A stretch of DNA of 64,000 bases from Longimicrobiales bacterium (GCA_965226375.1 CBDDCX010000006.1:448001-512000); one strand, 5' to 3'; shown: positions 21,281 through 31,739, numbered from the stretch's first letter. Numbers and translations are program-made. The notes: a model not told the origin generated them from the sequence alone.

Positions 21281-23965
21281 TCAGGAGGCCCTGAAGGCCA
21301 CCACCGGATCGATCCGGGTCGCCCTTCGCCCAGGCACATAACACGCCAACAGGACCATGGCGCCCAGAAGAGCAGCCGTCGCAACGAACGTGATCGGGTC
21401 TACCACGGGGATGCCCCAAACCAGCCCCGACATCACTTTCGCCAGGCCCAACGATCCCAGAATACCCACCAGCAGTCCCAGAGTGATGAGCATAAGCCCG
21501 CGCCCGAGAACCACCCGCATCACCGTCTCTCGTTGCGCGCCCAGCGCCATGCGAATGCCGATCTCATGAGTACGCTGGCTCACGCCGAAGGCGATGACTC
21601 CGGCGATACCGGCGAGGCTGACCAGGAACGCGACCCCCGCAAAAATCGACAGCAACACCACGGTCAGACGCCGGGGCGACAGCGCATCGCTCTGGAGCTG
21701 ATCGAGCGTCGTAATGTTCGACACTGGAATCGTCGGATCGAGCTCTGCCACGATCTCACGGAACTGGCGGCCCATGGCCAGCGGATCTCCGGCCGTCCGA
21801 ACCACGATGTTCTGCACCCGGTTCCCCTGGCGCATGGCTCCGTAGACTTGGGCCGGCGGCCGGGTCTCCAGCCCCACTTCGTGCACGTCCCGCACGACTC
21901 CGACCACGGTGAACATCGGATTGTCACAGCCACCCATCATACTGCAGGGCGCGTACCGCTTGCCGACCGGATCCTCACCCGGCCAGACCGTCTCCGCCAG
22001 AGACTCGTTGACCACCGCAACGAGTGGACCACTATCGTCGTCGGCCACAGTGAACGTGCGTCCCGCTAGGAGAGGAATACCCACGGTCCGGAAATACCCG
22101 ACATCCACCGTGCGCGGCTGAGCCTGCGGCAGACGCGTGCCGTCCGTTTCTTCGGCCCCCTCGGGCCGCACACCGTGGAACATGGCCTGCTGAAACTGCA
22201 TGGGTGAATTGTCGGTCAGCGCCGTCGAAAGGACTCCCGGCAGGCCGCTGATCCGGTCGCGGATAGTCAGGAAGAACTCCTGCTGCTCCTCAGGGCTCAT
22301 GCTCGAGTTCCGGGAGTTCACCGTCGCCCGCATGCTGAGGACGTTTTCCGACTCGTAACCCGGGTCCACCTTCTGCAGCTCCCAGAAGCTTCTCATGAGA
22401 AGCCCCGAGCCTACCAGCAGCGTAAAGGCGAGACCCAACTGGGCCACGACCAGCATACCCTGGAGCCGCTGGCCCTTCCGCCCACCAGTCATTCCCTGCG
22501 CTGCTCGCAGATGACTGGAGACCCGCCTTCCGGCGGTGAGCGCCGGCGCCCCTCCGAATACGAGCCCTGTAACGACGGAAACGCCGAACGTGAACAGCAG
22601 GACCGTGCCGCTCATCGAAGCCTCGTTGGCGCGCGGCGTGAAGCGACTGGCAAAGGCGACAAGCAAGTCGGTGCCTAACCAAGCGATCAGAAGACCAAAG
22701 ACACCGCCGAGCATTGCGAGGAGCGTATGCTCAGTGATCAGCTGCTGAACAAGCCTACCACGACGAGCGCCCAGTGCCGAGCGTACAGCGAGTTCCCGCT
22801 TCCGCTTGGTCATGCGGGCCAGTGCGAGGTTCGCCACGTTGGCACACGCGATCAAGAGGACCAGCCCCGCTGTACCCAAAAGGAGCAACAGCGTGGGCCG
22901 TGCGTTCTGGACCAACTCCTCCTTGAGCAGCGTGCTCCCGAAGTTCTGTCCTCGCTCCACAGAATAAGCGCCAGGGTATTCGGCCGTCATCTGCTGCATC
23001 ACGGCTCGCAGGTCGCGTTGCGAGTCCTCGAGGCCCATACCGGGACGCATGCGACCAAAGACCGACATCATGCGGTGGTTCCGGTTCTCCCTGAAGGACT
23101 CGGAGGAGCGGATCGGGCACGCGGACGTCGGCATGTAGAAGTCGTTCTCCCGGGGGTGCTGCGGCACCGGCGGTAGAATCCCGATCACCGTATGCATCTT
23201 GCCGTTCATTTCAAAGGCTTCGCCCACAACAGCCGGATCGCCTCCGAAGCGACTCTGCCAGTAACCGTAGCTCATGAGGAGCACCGGCTCAGCCTCCAGC
23301 CCGTCGTCTTCTTCGGTGAAGTCGCGGCCCAGGACGGGTCGCATGCCCATGAGGTCGAAGAAGTGTGATGAGACCACCCCCACCCGGACCAACTCGGCGT
23401 CGCCGCGGCCGAGAAGGGTGAACGACATGCCATGATACTCCGCCACACTTTCGAGTGAGCGGGTCCGAGCACGCAGATCCTGGATGTCGTGCACCGAGAA
23501 GAACAGGTTGTCTCGGCCGCCCGCCTCTTGGGGCTGCTGCAAGTAGACCAACCGGTCACCCTCGGCGTACGGGAGCGGCTTGAGCAGCACCCCGTGGATC
23601 ACACTGAAGATCGCGCTGTTGGCACCGATCCCGAGCCCTAGCGTGAGCACCACCACGGCGGTGAAGCCGGGATTCTTCCGTAAGGATCTCAGCCCGAAGC
23701 GCACATCGTTCACAATCCCGCTCATCCTCATTCCACCCCCCCCGGTTCCGTGACTCGCCATCAGCGCAAGCGCGCCAACGCTCACCACCTGCCGCCAATA
23801 CCACCAGTTGGCCCGTCTCGCGCCGGCCCCTGCCACCCTCTGAGCGAACTCCTCGGCCAGATCCCCCAGCGCCGCCTCCCCGGCCCGCGTCGGCGGAAGA
23901 ACGCTCTCCAGAAAGCGCTCTGCCAAACGCGGAGGTCTTACGCCGCCCGCATCACGTCCCGCCAT
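21281..23965 (-). CDS. ADOP-type duplicated MacB/FtsX-like ABC permease with N-terminal prefix domain
   Basis: LGDLAEEF prefix, LGIGANSAIFS, LLIACANVANL, EIGIRMALGA, PGRRATRIDP. Confidence 0.9.
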   Translation of the reverse strand: MAGRDAGGVRPPRLAERFLESVLPPTRAGEAALGDLAEEFAQRVAGAGARRANWWYWRQVVSVGALALMASHGTGGGGMRMSGIVNDVRFGLRSLRKNPGFTAVVVLTLGLGIGANSAIFSVIHGVLLKPLPYAEGDRLVYLQQPQEAGGRDNLFFSVHDIQDLRARTRSLESVAEYHGMSFTLLGRGDAELVRVGVVSSHFFDLMGMRPVLGRDFTEEDDGLEAEPVLLMSYGYWQSRFGGDPAVVGEAFEMNGKMHTVIGILPPVPQHPRENDFYMPTSACPIRSSESFRENRNHRMMSVFGRMRPGMGLEDSQRDLRAVMQQMTAEYPGAYSVERGQNFGSTLLKEELVQNARPTLLLLLGTAGLVLLIACANVANLALARMTKRKRELAVRSALGARRGRLVQQLITEHTLLAMLGGVFGLLIAWLGTDLLVAFASRFTPRANEASMSGTVLLFTFGVSVVTGLVFGGAPALTAGRRVSSHLRAAQGMTGGRKGQRLQGMLVVAQLGLAFTLLVGSGLLMRSFWELQKVDPGYESENVLSMRATVNSRNSSMSPEEQQEFFLTIRDRISGLPGVLSTALTDNSPMQFQQAMFHGVRPEGAEETDGTRLPQAQPRTVDVGYFRTVGIPLLAGRTFTVADDDSGPLVAVVNESLAETVWPGEDPVGKRYAPCSMMGGCDNPMFTVVGVVRDVHEVGLETRPPAQVYGAMRQGNRVQNIVVRTAGDPLAMGRQFREIVAELDPTIPVSNITTLDQLQSDALSPRRLTVVLLSIFAGVAFLVSLAGIAGVIAFGVSQRTHEIGIRMALGAQRETVMRVVLGRGLMLITLGLLVGILGSLGLAKVMSGLVWGIPVVDPITFVATAALLGAMVLLACYVPGRRATRIDPVVAFRAS

Positions 23966-24287
23966 CGAGCTCCGCCTCCAGCCCCTCCCAAAGTCCCATC
24001 AGGGCCTGCCGGGACTCCCGAAGCGCGTCCAACCCCTGCGGAGTGACTTTCACGTACCGGCGCCGGCGTCCTCCACGTGTATCGGAAGGATCGCCGTAGT
24101 TCGAAGCGATCAGACCCTTTGCCTCGAGCCGGTCGAAGGTGACGTATAGTGCGCCACGAGAGACCTCACGACCCGAGCGCTCCGCGATCTCGTGCGTGAG
24201 TCTGACTCCGTAGGCCTCACCCCCCAGATGGAGGGACGCCAGTAGGACCATCTGCTCGAATTCTCCCAAATACCGCTTAACTGACAT
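23952..24287 (-). CDS. PadR family transcriptional regulator
   Basis: LGEFEQMVLLA, AYGV, GALYVTFDRLEAKG, RGGRRRRY; overlaps the permease start. Confidence 0.9.
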   Translation of the reverse strand: MSVKRYLGEFEQMVLLASLHLGGEAYGVRLTHEIAERSGREVSRGALYVTFDRLEAKGLIASNYGDPSDTRGGRRRRYVKVTPQGLDALRESRQALMGLWEGLEAELDGGT

Positions 24288-24568
24288 GGATGCCTCATCC
24301 CACGATGGTTGACGACTTTGTAAGCTTGCCCGCATACAAGGTAAGCAACTCGCTGGCGAGTGCAAGGGGAATCGAGAAGCGACACGTCCACGGGTGTACC
24401 TGAGGGGGGTCGGATCGTATCTTATTGTGTCGGTACGCTTGCCGTGGATCGGTCAGGTATCGCATGGGGCCAGAGGCCCTACCTGTCGACACCCAAGAAT
24501 TCAAGAATGGGCCCCGACCGCCCGGGACCCTTGCTTTCATAGACGCTCAAATTTCGGATGGACTAACC

Positions 24569-24973
24569 ATGTCAAAACCCCCCCTACCGTTGATCGTCAA
24601 GTGGAGAGACCTGGCCCAAGAAGGCCGTTTTTACACTGACATCGCCAAAGATCACCCCGACTATACCGCGAGCCAGATCCGGCATTACTGCCTCGGTCAC
24701 TCCGGCGCAAAGGCGCCCGGCCCGCTCCAACGTCGCCGACGCTGGCCCGACAATCCGTGGCTGCAAGGCGAGAGGTCTCCCCACGCCCTCCTCACGAAGG
24801 AAGACGTGTTGAAGGTGCTCGACGACTGGGACGACAAGAAGGGATACTGGAACCATGCAGCAGGCCACTGGGCCAAGCTGTTGACCGTATCCCGCAGCAC
24901 GATCCTGGCCGTCCGACGCGGCGATACCTGGAAGCACCTCGCGCATCCCAACGCAGGGCGCAAGAAGAACTAG
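24569..24973 (+). CDS. Small HTH protein resembling the DNA-binding tail of phage HNH endonucleases
   Basis: QGERSPHALLTKEDV...AKLLTVSRSTILAVRRGDTWKHL; no HNH motif seen. Confidence 0.55.
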   Translation: MSKPPLPLIVKWRDLAQEGRFYTDIAKDHPDYTASQIRHYCLGHSGAKAPGPLQRRRRWPDNPWLQGERSPHALLTKEDVLKVLDDWDDKKGYWNHAAGHWAKLLTVSRSTILAVRRGDTWKHLAHPNAGRKKN

Positions 24974-25028
24974 CGTCTGTTGGACAGGTAGAGCGGGTTA
25001 GGGATTCTACGCCCGACCCTCACATCGA

Positions 25029-26105
25029 TCACATCTTGCGACAGGGATCCTTGATGAGGCGTCGCGCCCGGTTTTCAGAGCCGATGATTTCGTAGAAGCC
25101 CTTCAGGTAACTGAGGGCGTCTTCGACTTTGTCCTCCTGGAACCCCTCCAACCCCGTGTAGAGCGCCTCGAAGTCGGAGCGGAGACGCTCGAACTCCGAG
25201 TAGATGTCCTCGAAGTCCAAATCGGGTCTACAGAATCCGCGGTAGACCCGGTCACGGACCGAGCGGATGTTGAGGCTGGCGTCTGGCTTTGCGTACGAAG
25301 GTGCCACGAATCCGGCCCAGTCGAAGTCGTACGGCGTGGGTACGTGCACGCTCTCCGGTGTTCTCAGCAGGACCACGTTGTGGAAGTAGATCATGGACCA
25401 GTCGGTGTTACCCATCATGTACTGGAATACGGCCATGCGCGCCGATTCGCGTGCACTCAGGTGCCGAGGGTGGACCTGCTTGGTATGAAGGATCATGCCA
25501 CCCAAGCGCTCCGCGATGGCGTCCTCCTCCTCGATCAAGAACGCGAAGCGCGTGAAGGGATCGTCTTCGCCACTGGTGTCCACGTAAGTGATGCGCGCGA
25601 GGCGAACCCGAAAGCTACGGTCCGTGATCACGTTGTAGGTCCGATAGACCAGATATTCCTCGAGCAGGTTCTGCTCGTCCCCTTCTCCGTCCCGGCAGTG
25701 AGTTACGAGCTTGATCTTGTCCTGCCCGTCGAACACCGTCCCGCCTAACGAGCCCTTTGGAAGATTCAGCCGCAGCGGAGGGAATCGACAGGTCTTGAGC
25801 CTGAACCTCCCTCGCGTCCGCACCTTGACCTCGATCTCTTGCTGGGATCCGTCGTCGGCCGTCATGGTGAGGACCCCCGGCCGATACTCGCTGTCCTCCT
25901 TGCGGTCTCCTTTGATCTTGTCAAAGTCGGCCGCCAAGGTGAACTCGATGACGTCGTTGGACTGGAAGAGAGGCGGGGGTGGAGTAGGCTCCCCGGTGGC
26001 CGAGTCCGCCGAGGCTGGCTGAGCCTGAATCGGGATGGCCGCGGCATGAACGGGGGCCAAGAATGCAACGGTTGTGACGAGTATGGGAACTACGGGCTTC
26101 CACAT
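25029..26105 (-). CDS. Secreted CotH-like atypical kinase-fold protein
   Basis: Signal peptide; VRTRG, EYLVY, FLIEE, MGNTDWS...HN and PYDFD pattern. Confidence 0.6.
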   Translation of the reverse strand: MWKPVVPILVTTVAFLAPVHAAAIPIQAQPASADSATGEPTPPPPLFQSNDVIEFTLAADFDKIKGDRKEDSEYRPGVLTMTADDGSQQEIEVKVRTRGRFRLKTCRFPPLRLNLPKGSLGGTVFDGQDKIKLVTHCRDGEGDEQNLLEEYLVYRTYNVITDRSFRVRLARITYVDTSGEDDPFTRFAFLIEEEDAIAERLGGMILHTKQVHPRHLSARESARMAVFQYMMGNTDWSMIYFHNVVLLRTPESVHVPTPYDFDWAGFVAPSYAKPDASLNIRSVRDRVYRGFCRPDLDFEDIYSEFERLRSDFEALYTGLEGFQEDKVEDALSYLKGFYEIIGSENRARRLIKDPCRKM

Positions 26106-26111
26106 GGCTTT

Positions 26112-27194
26112 CTAGCTCCTTTTCTTCAATCCCTGGAGCGATCTCAGCTCCGCGGCGCGCACATGGTCTCCGCCGTCCTTGCGGATGGCGTCCAGCAGCG
26201 CGCCAGCCGGCACGTGTTCCTTGACCCGCACCAGATATTCCAGAATCGACACCCCATCCTCACCTGGGATGATCTCGGCCAGGCGCCACCGGACGGCCAG
26301 TGCGGCGAGGTGGCGCTCGACCAACTGCTGGGTCTCGCCGGCTAGATCCGTATAGACGAGCAGAATCGAGAACTGCTTCTTCTCCTTGTGGACATCGCTC
26401 TCCGCGTCCAGATAGCGGTCGACTCGGGCCACTCGGCGTGCAACCTCCTTGAGGTCGGTCTGCGGCATAGCGGTCAGGAGGGCCGAGTCACCGATGCTGA
26501 GAGCGGATTCGGCCGACCCGGGGCCGGCAAGCACGTCCCCCAACGCCAGCCCCGACGTACGCTTGAGCTGGTCCACGTAGATGTTGCCGAAATTCATCTT
26601 CCAGAGAATCAGATTGACGGTGTTGAACACCATCGAGGCCAGCAGGGCGGTCCCGAGCCGTTGGTCACCGGCGGCCAGGCCCACACCGATGGCCAAGAAG
26701 ACATACACGGCATCCTTCGTATCCTCGAGCGTGGTGCGGAACCGCACGGCCGCGACGATTCCCGCCAGGCTGAACGCCAGGGCCACGCTCGTCTTGACGA
26801 CGATGACAATACCCGTCACCGCGACCGGCAGAATGATGAGGGTGTGCACTACCGACTGATCGTAGCCACTCCTCCTCTTGATCATGATGTAGGTCCAAGC
26901 CACCGGGACCATGATGGCCAAAGCCGCCAGGAGGGAGAGCCCGTCGATGGCCAGTGCCTCCCAGCCCCGCCCGATGGTACCGTCCGTCAGCGGCACTCCC
27001 CCAAACGTATCCGTGATGGCGTCGGAGATAGCGTCTTGATCGGACCGGGCGACGGCTCTTTCGAACCAAGGGAAGGCCCAGACCAGAACTGCCATCGTAG
27101 AGACCAGGAGCCCGTAATAGACCGCGATGCGAACGATCGAACGCGTCGTGCGATCCGTCGCCGGACGTCCCTGCTTGGGCTCGGGATTACTCAA
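26112..27194 (-). CDS. DUF4956 family membrane protein
   Basis: ALAFSLAGIVAAVRFRTTLEDTKDAVYVFLAIGVGLAAG; TTGA overlap with the upstream stop. Confidence 0.85.
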   Translation of the reverse strand: MSNPEPKQGRPATDRTTRSIVRIAVYYGLLVSTMAVLVWAFPWFERAVARSDQDAISDAITDTFGGVPLTDGTIGRGWEALAIDGLSLLAALAIMVPVAWTYIMIKRRSGYDQSVVHTLIILPVAVTGIVIVVKTSVALAFSLAGIVAAVRFRTTLEDTKDAVYVFLAIGVGLAAGDQRLGTALLASMVFNTVNLILWKMNFGNIYVDQLKRTSGLALGDVLAGPGSAESALSIGDSALLTAMPQTDLKEVARRVARVDRYLDAESDVHKEKKQFSILLVYTDLAGETQQLVERHLAALAVRWRLAEIIPGEDGVSILEYLVRVKEHVPAGALLDAIRKDGGDHVRAAELRSLQGLKKRS

Positions 27195-27613
27195 AGCGAG
27201 TGCTCGTAGCCGAATTCCGTGAGGAGCACGTCGTCGAGGTGATCGGCCTGCTCTGAGGTCCACAGAATGAGATCAATGATCTCTCCCGGATCCAGGTCCT
27301 CCACCGGACGTCCCGCCGTGAGAAAGACGACGCCATCCCGCGCGACTGAGAACGCCGCGCGGCCGAGGAAATCGTGATTGAGGCCGAGAAGCCGGTCCAT
27401 GAACGCCTCACCGTGATCGACGGGAACCCGCATGATCGAGAGGCGAACCACGAGCACAAGGCCCTCAGGACCCTCGGACTGCCGTACCACCCCGGCGAAA
27501 CCCGAAGCAGAACCTCTCTGGATCGGCTCTTCGAACCCGACAGCGAGGGTGCCGTGCTCAAGGTGGTCGAGGATGCGCTCGACCAACACCATTAGGGACT
27601 GGATCTCGACCAT
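27191..27613 (-). CDS. YbjN / T3SS-chaperone-fold small acidic protein
   Basis: 140 aa: RGSA, RLLGLN, GRPVEDLDPGE, ADHLDDVLLTEFG. Confidence 0.65.
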   Translation of the reverse strand: MVEIQSLMVLVERILDHLEHGTLAVGFEEPIQRGSASGFAGVVRQSEGPEGLVLVVRLSIMRVPVDHGEAFMDRLLGLNHDFLGRAAFSVARDGVVFLTAGRPVEDLDPGEIIDLILWTSEQADHLDDVLLTEFGYEHSL

Positions 27614-27675
27614 GGACCAACTTGGTCGTCGGGACGCCGGCTTCGCAAGTTCAAGCCCGGGATCGACGTCGAGCG

Positions 27676-28736
27676 CTACATACCCTCCCACCAGGTGGAA
27701 CCCACCAGCCGAAAATGACTCAAGCGTCTTCCTGCATCGAACGCGTGGCACCGGTTGTAGTGGATGAATCCGTTCTGACGCACGTCGGTGTAGTTGCCGA
27801 GACCGTTCAGGCCCGATACCACGAGCCCGTCGACGTGGAAGTCATCGTTGGGCGGATTGAAGTAACCGGCCAGAATGACGCCTTCCCAGCTATAGTCCAC
27901 CTCTACCGTCAGCGTACCGGCCACGATCAGCACGCCTCGTCCACACACGGACGAGGTGCCCGTCACATTGCCGGTAAAGCGCGTCACCGGAAACGAGTCG
28001 GCGGGCAGCGAACACGGTGGCCAGACGTTCTCGTAGTCCACGGGGAAACTCGTGCTCGTGAGCAGATCCCAGTCGAGCCCTAGCGTGTCCAACACCGCCG
28101 CCAAGGAGCCCACGGTAAGCGAGTCCGCGGTACCGGTGACATCGGCGGACCCGTCGATGGTCAGGCTGCCAGAGCCCATCAGGACCGCCATGATGTCGGT
28201 CTGGCTTTGCTCGCAGTCCAGCGCCGTGGCCTCATCGAGGCCGTATGTTTCCGTGGCGTTGTGCAGTCGCATGTCGCCGGTTGCCTGGGTCAACGCCGCC
28301 GCGTGATCCAGGGCCGCTTCCCGTTTCATGGCGTATTGGTAGATCACCCGGCGGGCGGCGGCTCCCGAGACGGTCGGGTCCGTGTACACACCTTCGGAGC
28401 GCAGCAGGTACAGAGTCTCATAGTCGTCGACCTCAGCCACCAATCGGGCGGTGACCACTGCGTCTCCTCCCTCGATGGAATAGGTCACCGTAGTGTCGTG
28501 CACACCTACCTGCATCGCGACGTAGCGCTGGAGACCGGCCCGGGCAACCGATCATGCTCGTTGTGTCTCCACCGCGTTCACGCCCAGGAGGGCTTCGTCA
28601 GCACAACCTGATAGCCGGCCGCCCCCGCGATCCCGATGGCGAAGAGCAGGAGTACAACCAGTGCGAGCACGAACCCGCCCCGGGAATCGTCAGGCGGGGA
28701 GAGCTCGTCAACCCGACGCGGCGATGGCGCGTTCAC
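27676..28736 (-). pseudogene. PilX-like minor pilin, inactivated
   Basis: RGGFVLALVVLLL N-terminus; 1-nt frameshift at ~28597, then in-frame TGA at 28552-28554 within QRA*SVARAGLQRY; C-terminal GRGVLIVAGTL...WEGVIL. Confidence 0.7.
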
Positions 28737-28750
28737 GGAGATACCCACGG

Positions 28751-29584
28751 TCAGTTGGAGTTCTTCAGGGGAATCTTTACGGTCCATGCGTACTCGTACG
28801 GTTCGCTGGTTCCGACCAACTTAGGGGCTATGGCAGCAGTCGTCACCTGAAGAGTCTGGATGCTGTCGAGCGCGGTCCCGGTAATGGCGTCGAGGAAGTT
28901 CGTCCCATCCTTCGAGTATGAGAACGCCGTACCGGAATCGATCCCGGTTGCGAACTCCCTGAGCGCGTCTCCCGTCACGCCGCGGTACACCGCCAACGTG
29001 GTCGGATCGAGATCGGACGTCGCGACCCTGAACTCCACTTCCTGCCAGATCATAATGGCCTCACCAAGAGTCGTACCACCCGATATCAGCAACCGCCCAT
29101 AGTCCTGACTAGCTCCAACCGTATCCGCCCCCGATCGCGTAGCACATTCGTCTGCATCGGCGGCCCCCGAAGAAACCAGGAGGTTCGACCACGGGTCGAG
29201 GGCGTACGTCCAATCACCGTTCGCGTCCTGCCGGGCGTATCCCGCAACCTCATTAGAGCTGATGTCAGAGAGTCCGGGCATATACACTCTTCCGTGACCT
29301 GCCTGCGCGTGGCAAACGCCACCGACCGCCAAGGGCAGTCGAATCACGAATCGCTTGGACTGGGCCAAGATGACACCACCCTCCGAGACACCACGGATCT
29401 CTGAGGCGATGAGGTCCGACACCACCCGGAGGTTGTCGTGCACTTTCGACCTTCCCATGACCAACGCATAAAAATCGTTCTGGGTCAGAAATACAGACGC
29501 CACAAGGCTCACGATGAGCGTGGACAGCGTGAGCGCCACCATCGCCTCGAGGAGGGTAAAGCCCCCCGCGCCGAGCGCCTTTAC
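28751..29584 (-). CDS. PilW/GspJ-like prepilin (start codon unclear)
   Basis: GFTLLEAMVALTLS prepilin motif; the expected start position reads GTA. Confidence 0.7.
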   Translation of the reverse strand, partial: VKALGAGGFTLLEAMVALTLSTLIVSLVASVFLTQNDFYALVMGRSKVHDNLRVVSDLIASEIRGVSEGGVILAQSKRFVIRLPLAVGGVCHAQAGHGRVYMPGLSDISSNEVAGYARQDANGDWTYALDPWSNLLVSSGAADADECATRSGADTVGASQDYGRLLISGGTTLGEAIMIWQEVEFRVATSDLDPTTLAVYRGVTGDALREFATGIDSGTAFSYSKDGTNFLDAITGTALDSIQTLQVTTAAIAPKLVGTSEPYEYAWTVKIPLKNSN

Positions 29585-29973
29585 CAGGATCGGTTGACGA
29601 ACGTCGTCCCGGTGAAGGACGGACCGGACCCGCTGGCGGGAAGCAGCCATACCTTGGCGTGTCGCGCCAACGCGGTCGAGTCTGTTACCGTGATCAGCCA
29701 ATAGTATGTCGATCCCCGAACCTGTGTCATCGAAAAAACCGTCGAAACCGCTAGAGAGTCGTAGTCCATGACCTCCAGGCTGTCCAGGCGCTCCTGCCCC
29801 ATCACGCTGAGCTCCGACCGGATCGCGGCCGACTCCATTCGAAGTGACAGCGTCCCAGTGAGATTCACTACCATCAGCACCCCGACCGAGAAGATCACCA
29901 ACGCCCCGATCACCTCGATCAGGGTAAAGCCCCCAGCGGAGACGCGCAGTCGACTGCGACCTCGCGTGCTCAC
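29581..29973 (-). CDS. PilV/GspI-like prepilin
   Basis: GFTLIEVIGALVIFSVGVL; GTGA overlap with the upstream stop. Confidence 0.85.
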   Translation of the reverse strand: MSTRGRSRLRVSAGGFTLIEVIGALVIFSVGVLMVVNLTGTLSLRMESAAIRSELSVMGQERLDSLEVMDYDSLAVSTVFSMTQVRGSTYYWLITVTDSTALARHAKVWLLPASGSGPSFTGTTFVNRSW

Positions 29974-30212
29974 CGTCTGTCGACCTTTGAGGCCCCCATA
30001 CTGTTGAAGGACACCTCATACCCGTTTTCGCCGGCAACGAACAGTGCGACGCCCAATGAACCGCCGGCACCGCTCAGATCACCCACTCCACGCGTATCAA
30101 AGACCAAACTATCTCCACTCAACTGGAGGTTAACGGAGTCGAGTCGGATTTCGTCCGACTCGCCGAACTCCCGCATCACGATGGTGTCACCGGACTCGAA
30201 CCGGAGCAGATA
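29970..30212 (-). pseudogene. FimT/GspH-like prepilin, 3' part (IS-interrupted)
   Basis: YLLRFESGDT...LVFDTRG...VSFNSMGAS; rejoins the 5' part in frame when the IS is removed. Confidence 0.8.
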
Positions 30213-30285
30213 CCCTCTCTGCCAACGTACGTGAGACACGGAGCACGCAAAGAATTAGAGTAGGGCGAAGGCAGAGAAAACGAAC

Positions 30286-30735
30286 ATGTTGGGACTGCGA
30301 GAGAGAATGGCAGAGAATGGTAGTGCCCCTGGAACCGGGGAGGCCAAGCGAAGCGCGGCAGCTCCTGCGGACCCGGAGGTAGTAGATAGGCCGCTACGGC
30401 GGCGGTTCAGTCCGTCGTACAAGCTGCGGATCGTCGAAGAAGCGGACCGGTGCACCGAGCCCGGCGAGGTGGGTCAAGTCCTGCGGCGAGAGGGCCTGTA
30501 CTCGTCGCACCTGACGACGTGGCGCAAGGCGGCGCATAGCGGGTCGCTGAAGGCCCTGTCGAAGAAACGCGGCCGCAAGCCGGAGCGAAATCCGCTGGAT
30601 GAGAAGGTACGCAAGCTGGAGCGGCGAAACGCACGGCTCGGGAATGAGCTCAGGAAGGCACACCTGATCATCGACGTGCAGGGAAAAGTTGCGGGGCTGC
30701 TGGGGATAAGCCTCGACGACGGGACAAACTCTTGA
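30286..30735 (+). CDS. IS3-family transposase OrfA
   Basis: RRRFSPSYKLRIV...LRREGLYSSHLTTWR HTH and a C-terminal coiled coil. Confidence 0.88.
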   Translation: MLGLRERMAENGSAPGTGEAKRSAAAPADPEVVDRPLRRRFSPSYKLRIVEEADRCTEPGEVGQVLRREGLYSSHLTTWRKAAHSGSLKALSKKRGRKPERNPLDEKVRKLERRNARLGNELRKAHLIIDVQGKVAGLLGISLDDGTNS

Positions 30736-31739
30736 AGGCGGCCGATGAGCTGGCTAAGCACGTCGGTGTAAAACCGGCGTGCGCGGCCCTCGAGGTCTCC
30801 CGATCGACGTTGTACCGTCGTCGAGGCCCATCAACCGGGCAACAGCAGCCCCGCCCGACGCCCGCCCGGGCATTGAGCGAGACGGAACGAGGCGAGGTCT
30901 TCGACACGCTGTGTTCGGAGCGGTTCGTGGACCGCTCACCCGCCGAGGTGGTGGCCACGCTGCTCGACGAAGAGGTCTACCTGTGCAGCGAACGCACGAT
31001 GTATCGTGTTCTGGCCTCCGAGGTGCCGGTTCAGGAACGCCGGGCGCAGCGCACCCATCCCGAGTACAAGAAGCCCGAGTTGATGGCCACGGCGCCGAAC
31101 CAGGTGTGGTCCTGGGATATCACGCGGCTGCTCGGGCCGAAGAAGTGGAGCTATTACTACCTCTACGTCATCATGGACATCTACAGCCGCTACGTCGTGG
31201 GCTGGATGGTGGCGGACCGGGAGAACTCGGCCCTGGCCGGCCGGTTGATCCAGCAGAGCTGCCTGAAGCATGGCGTCCAGCCCCGGGTCCTGACCCTGCA
31301 CTCGGATCGGGGAACTCCAATGACGAGCCAATGCACCGCTCAACTTCTCGCTGACCTCGGCGTGACCCGCTCGTTGAGCCGGCCTCAGGTGTCGGATGAC
31401 AACCCGTTTTCCGAGGCTCAGTTCAAAACCTTGAAGTACCATCCCTCGTTTCCCGGACGGTTCGGGGATCAGGGCCAAGCCAAGACGTTCTGTCGATCGT
31501 TCTTCCGCTGGTACAATGCCGAGCACCGCCATGGCGGCATCTCGATGCTAACCCCCGAGCAGGTCCACTTCGGGAACGCCGATCAGGTCATTGCCGGCAG
31601 GAAATCCGTGCTCCGCGAAGCATGGGCCGCTCATCCCGAACGCTTCGTCAGAGGTGTGCCGAAGCCCAAACCGCTCCCGGAGGCCGTCTTCATCAATCCT
31701 CCCATCCCTTCCCTCACCACACAGGACATTGCTCTCTAA
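30732..31739 (+). CDS. IS3-family transposase OrfB (DDE)
   Basis: PNQVWSWDIT, DIYSRYVVGW, LHSDRG, DNPFSEAQFKTLK, WYNAEHRH. Confidence 0.92.
   Translation: MKAADELAKHVGVKPACAALEVSRSTLYRRRGPSTGQQQPRPTPARALSETERGEVFDTLCSERFVDRSPAEVVATLLDEEVYLCSERTMYRVLASEVPVQERRAQRTHPEYKKPELMATAPNQVWSWDITRLLGPKKWSYYYLYVIMDIYSRYVVGWMVADRENSALAGRLIQQSCLKHGVQPRVLTLHSDRGTPMTSQCTAQLLADLGVTRSLSRPQVSDDNPFSEAQFKTLKYHPSFPGRFGDQGQAKTFCRSFFRWYNAEHRHGGISMLTPEQVHFGNADQVIAGRKSVLREAWAAHPERFVRGVPKPKPLPEAVFINPPIPSLTTQDIAL

Noticed and set aside
21281..24287. PadR-ADOP pair as a novel system
   Set aside because: A known, recurrent module in Acidobacteria- and Gemmatimonadota-like genomes.
24300..24330. Weak palindrome upstream of padR
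   Set aside because: Too degenerate (about 8/14) to support as an operator.
28552..28554. In-frame TGA in the pilX-like gene as selenocysteine
   Set aside because: Not a redox Cys position, and accompanied by a frameshift.
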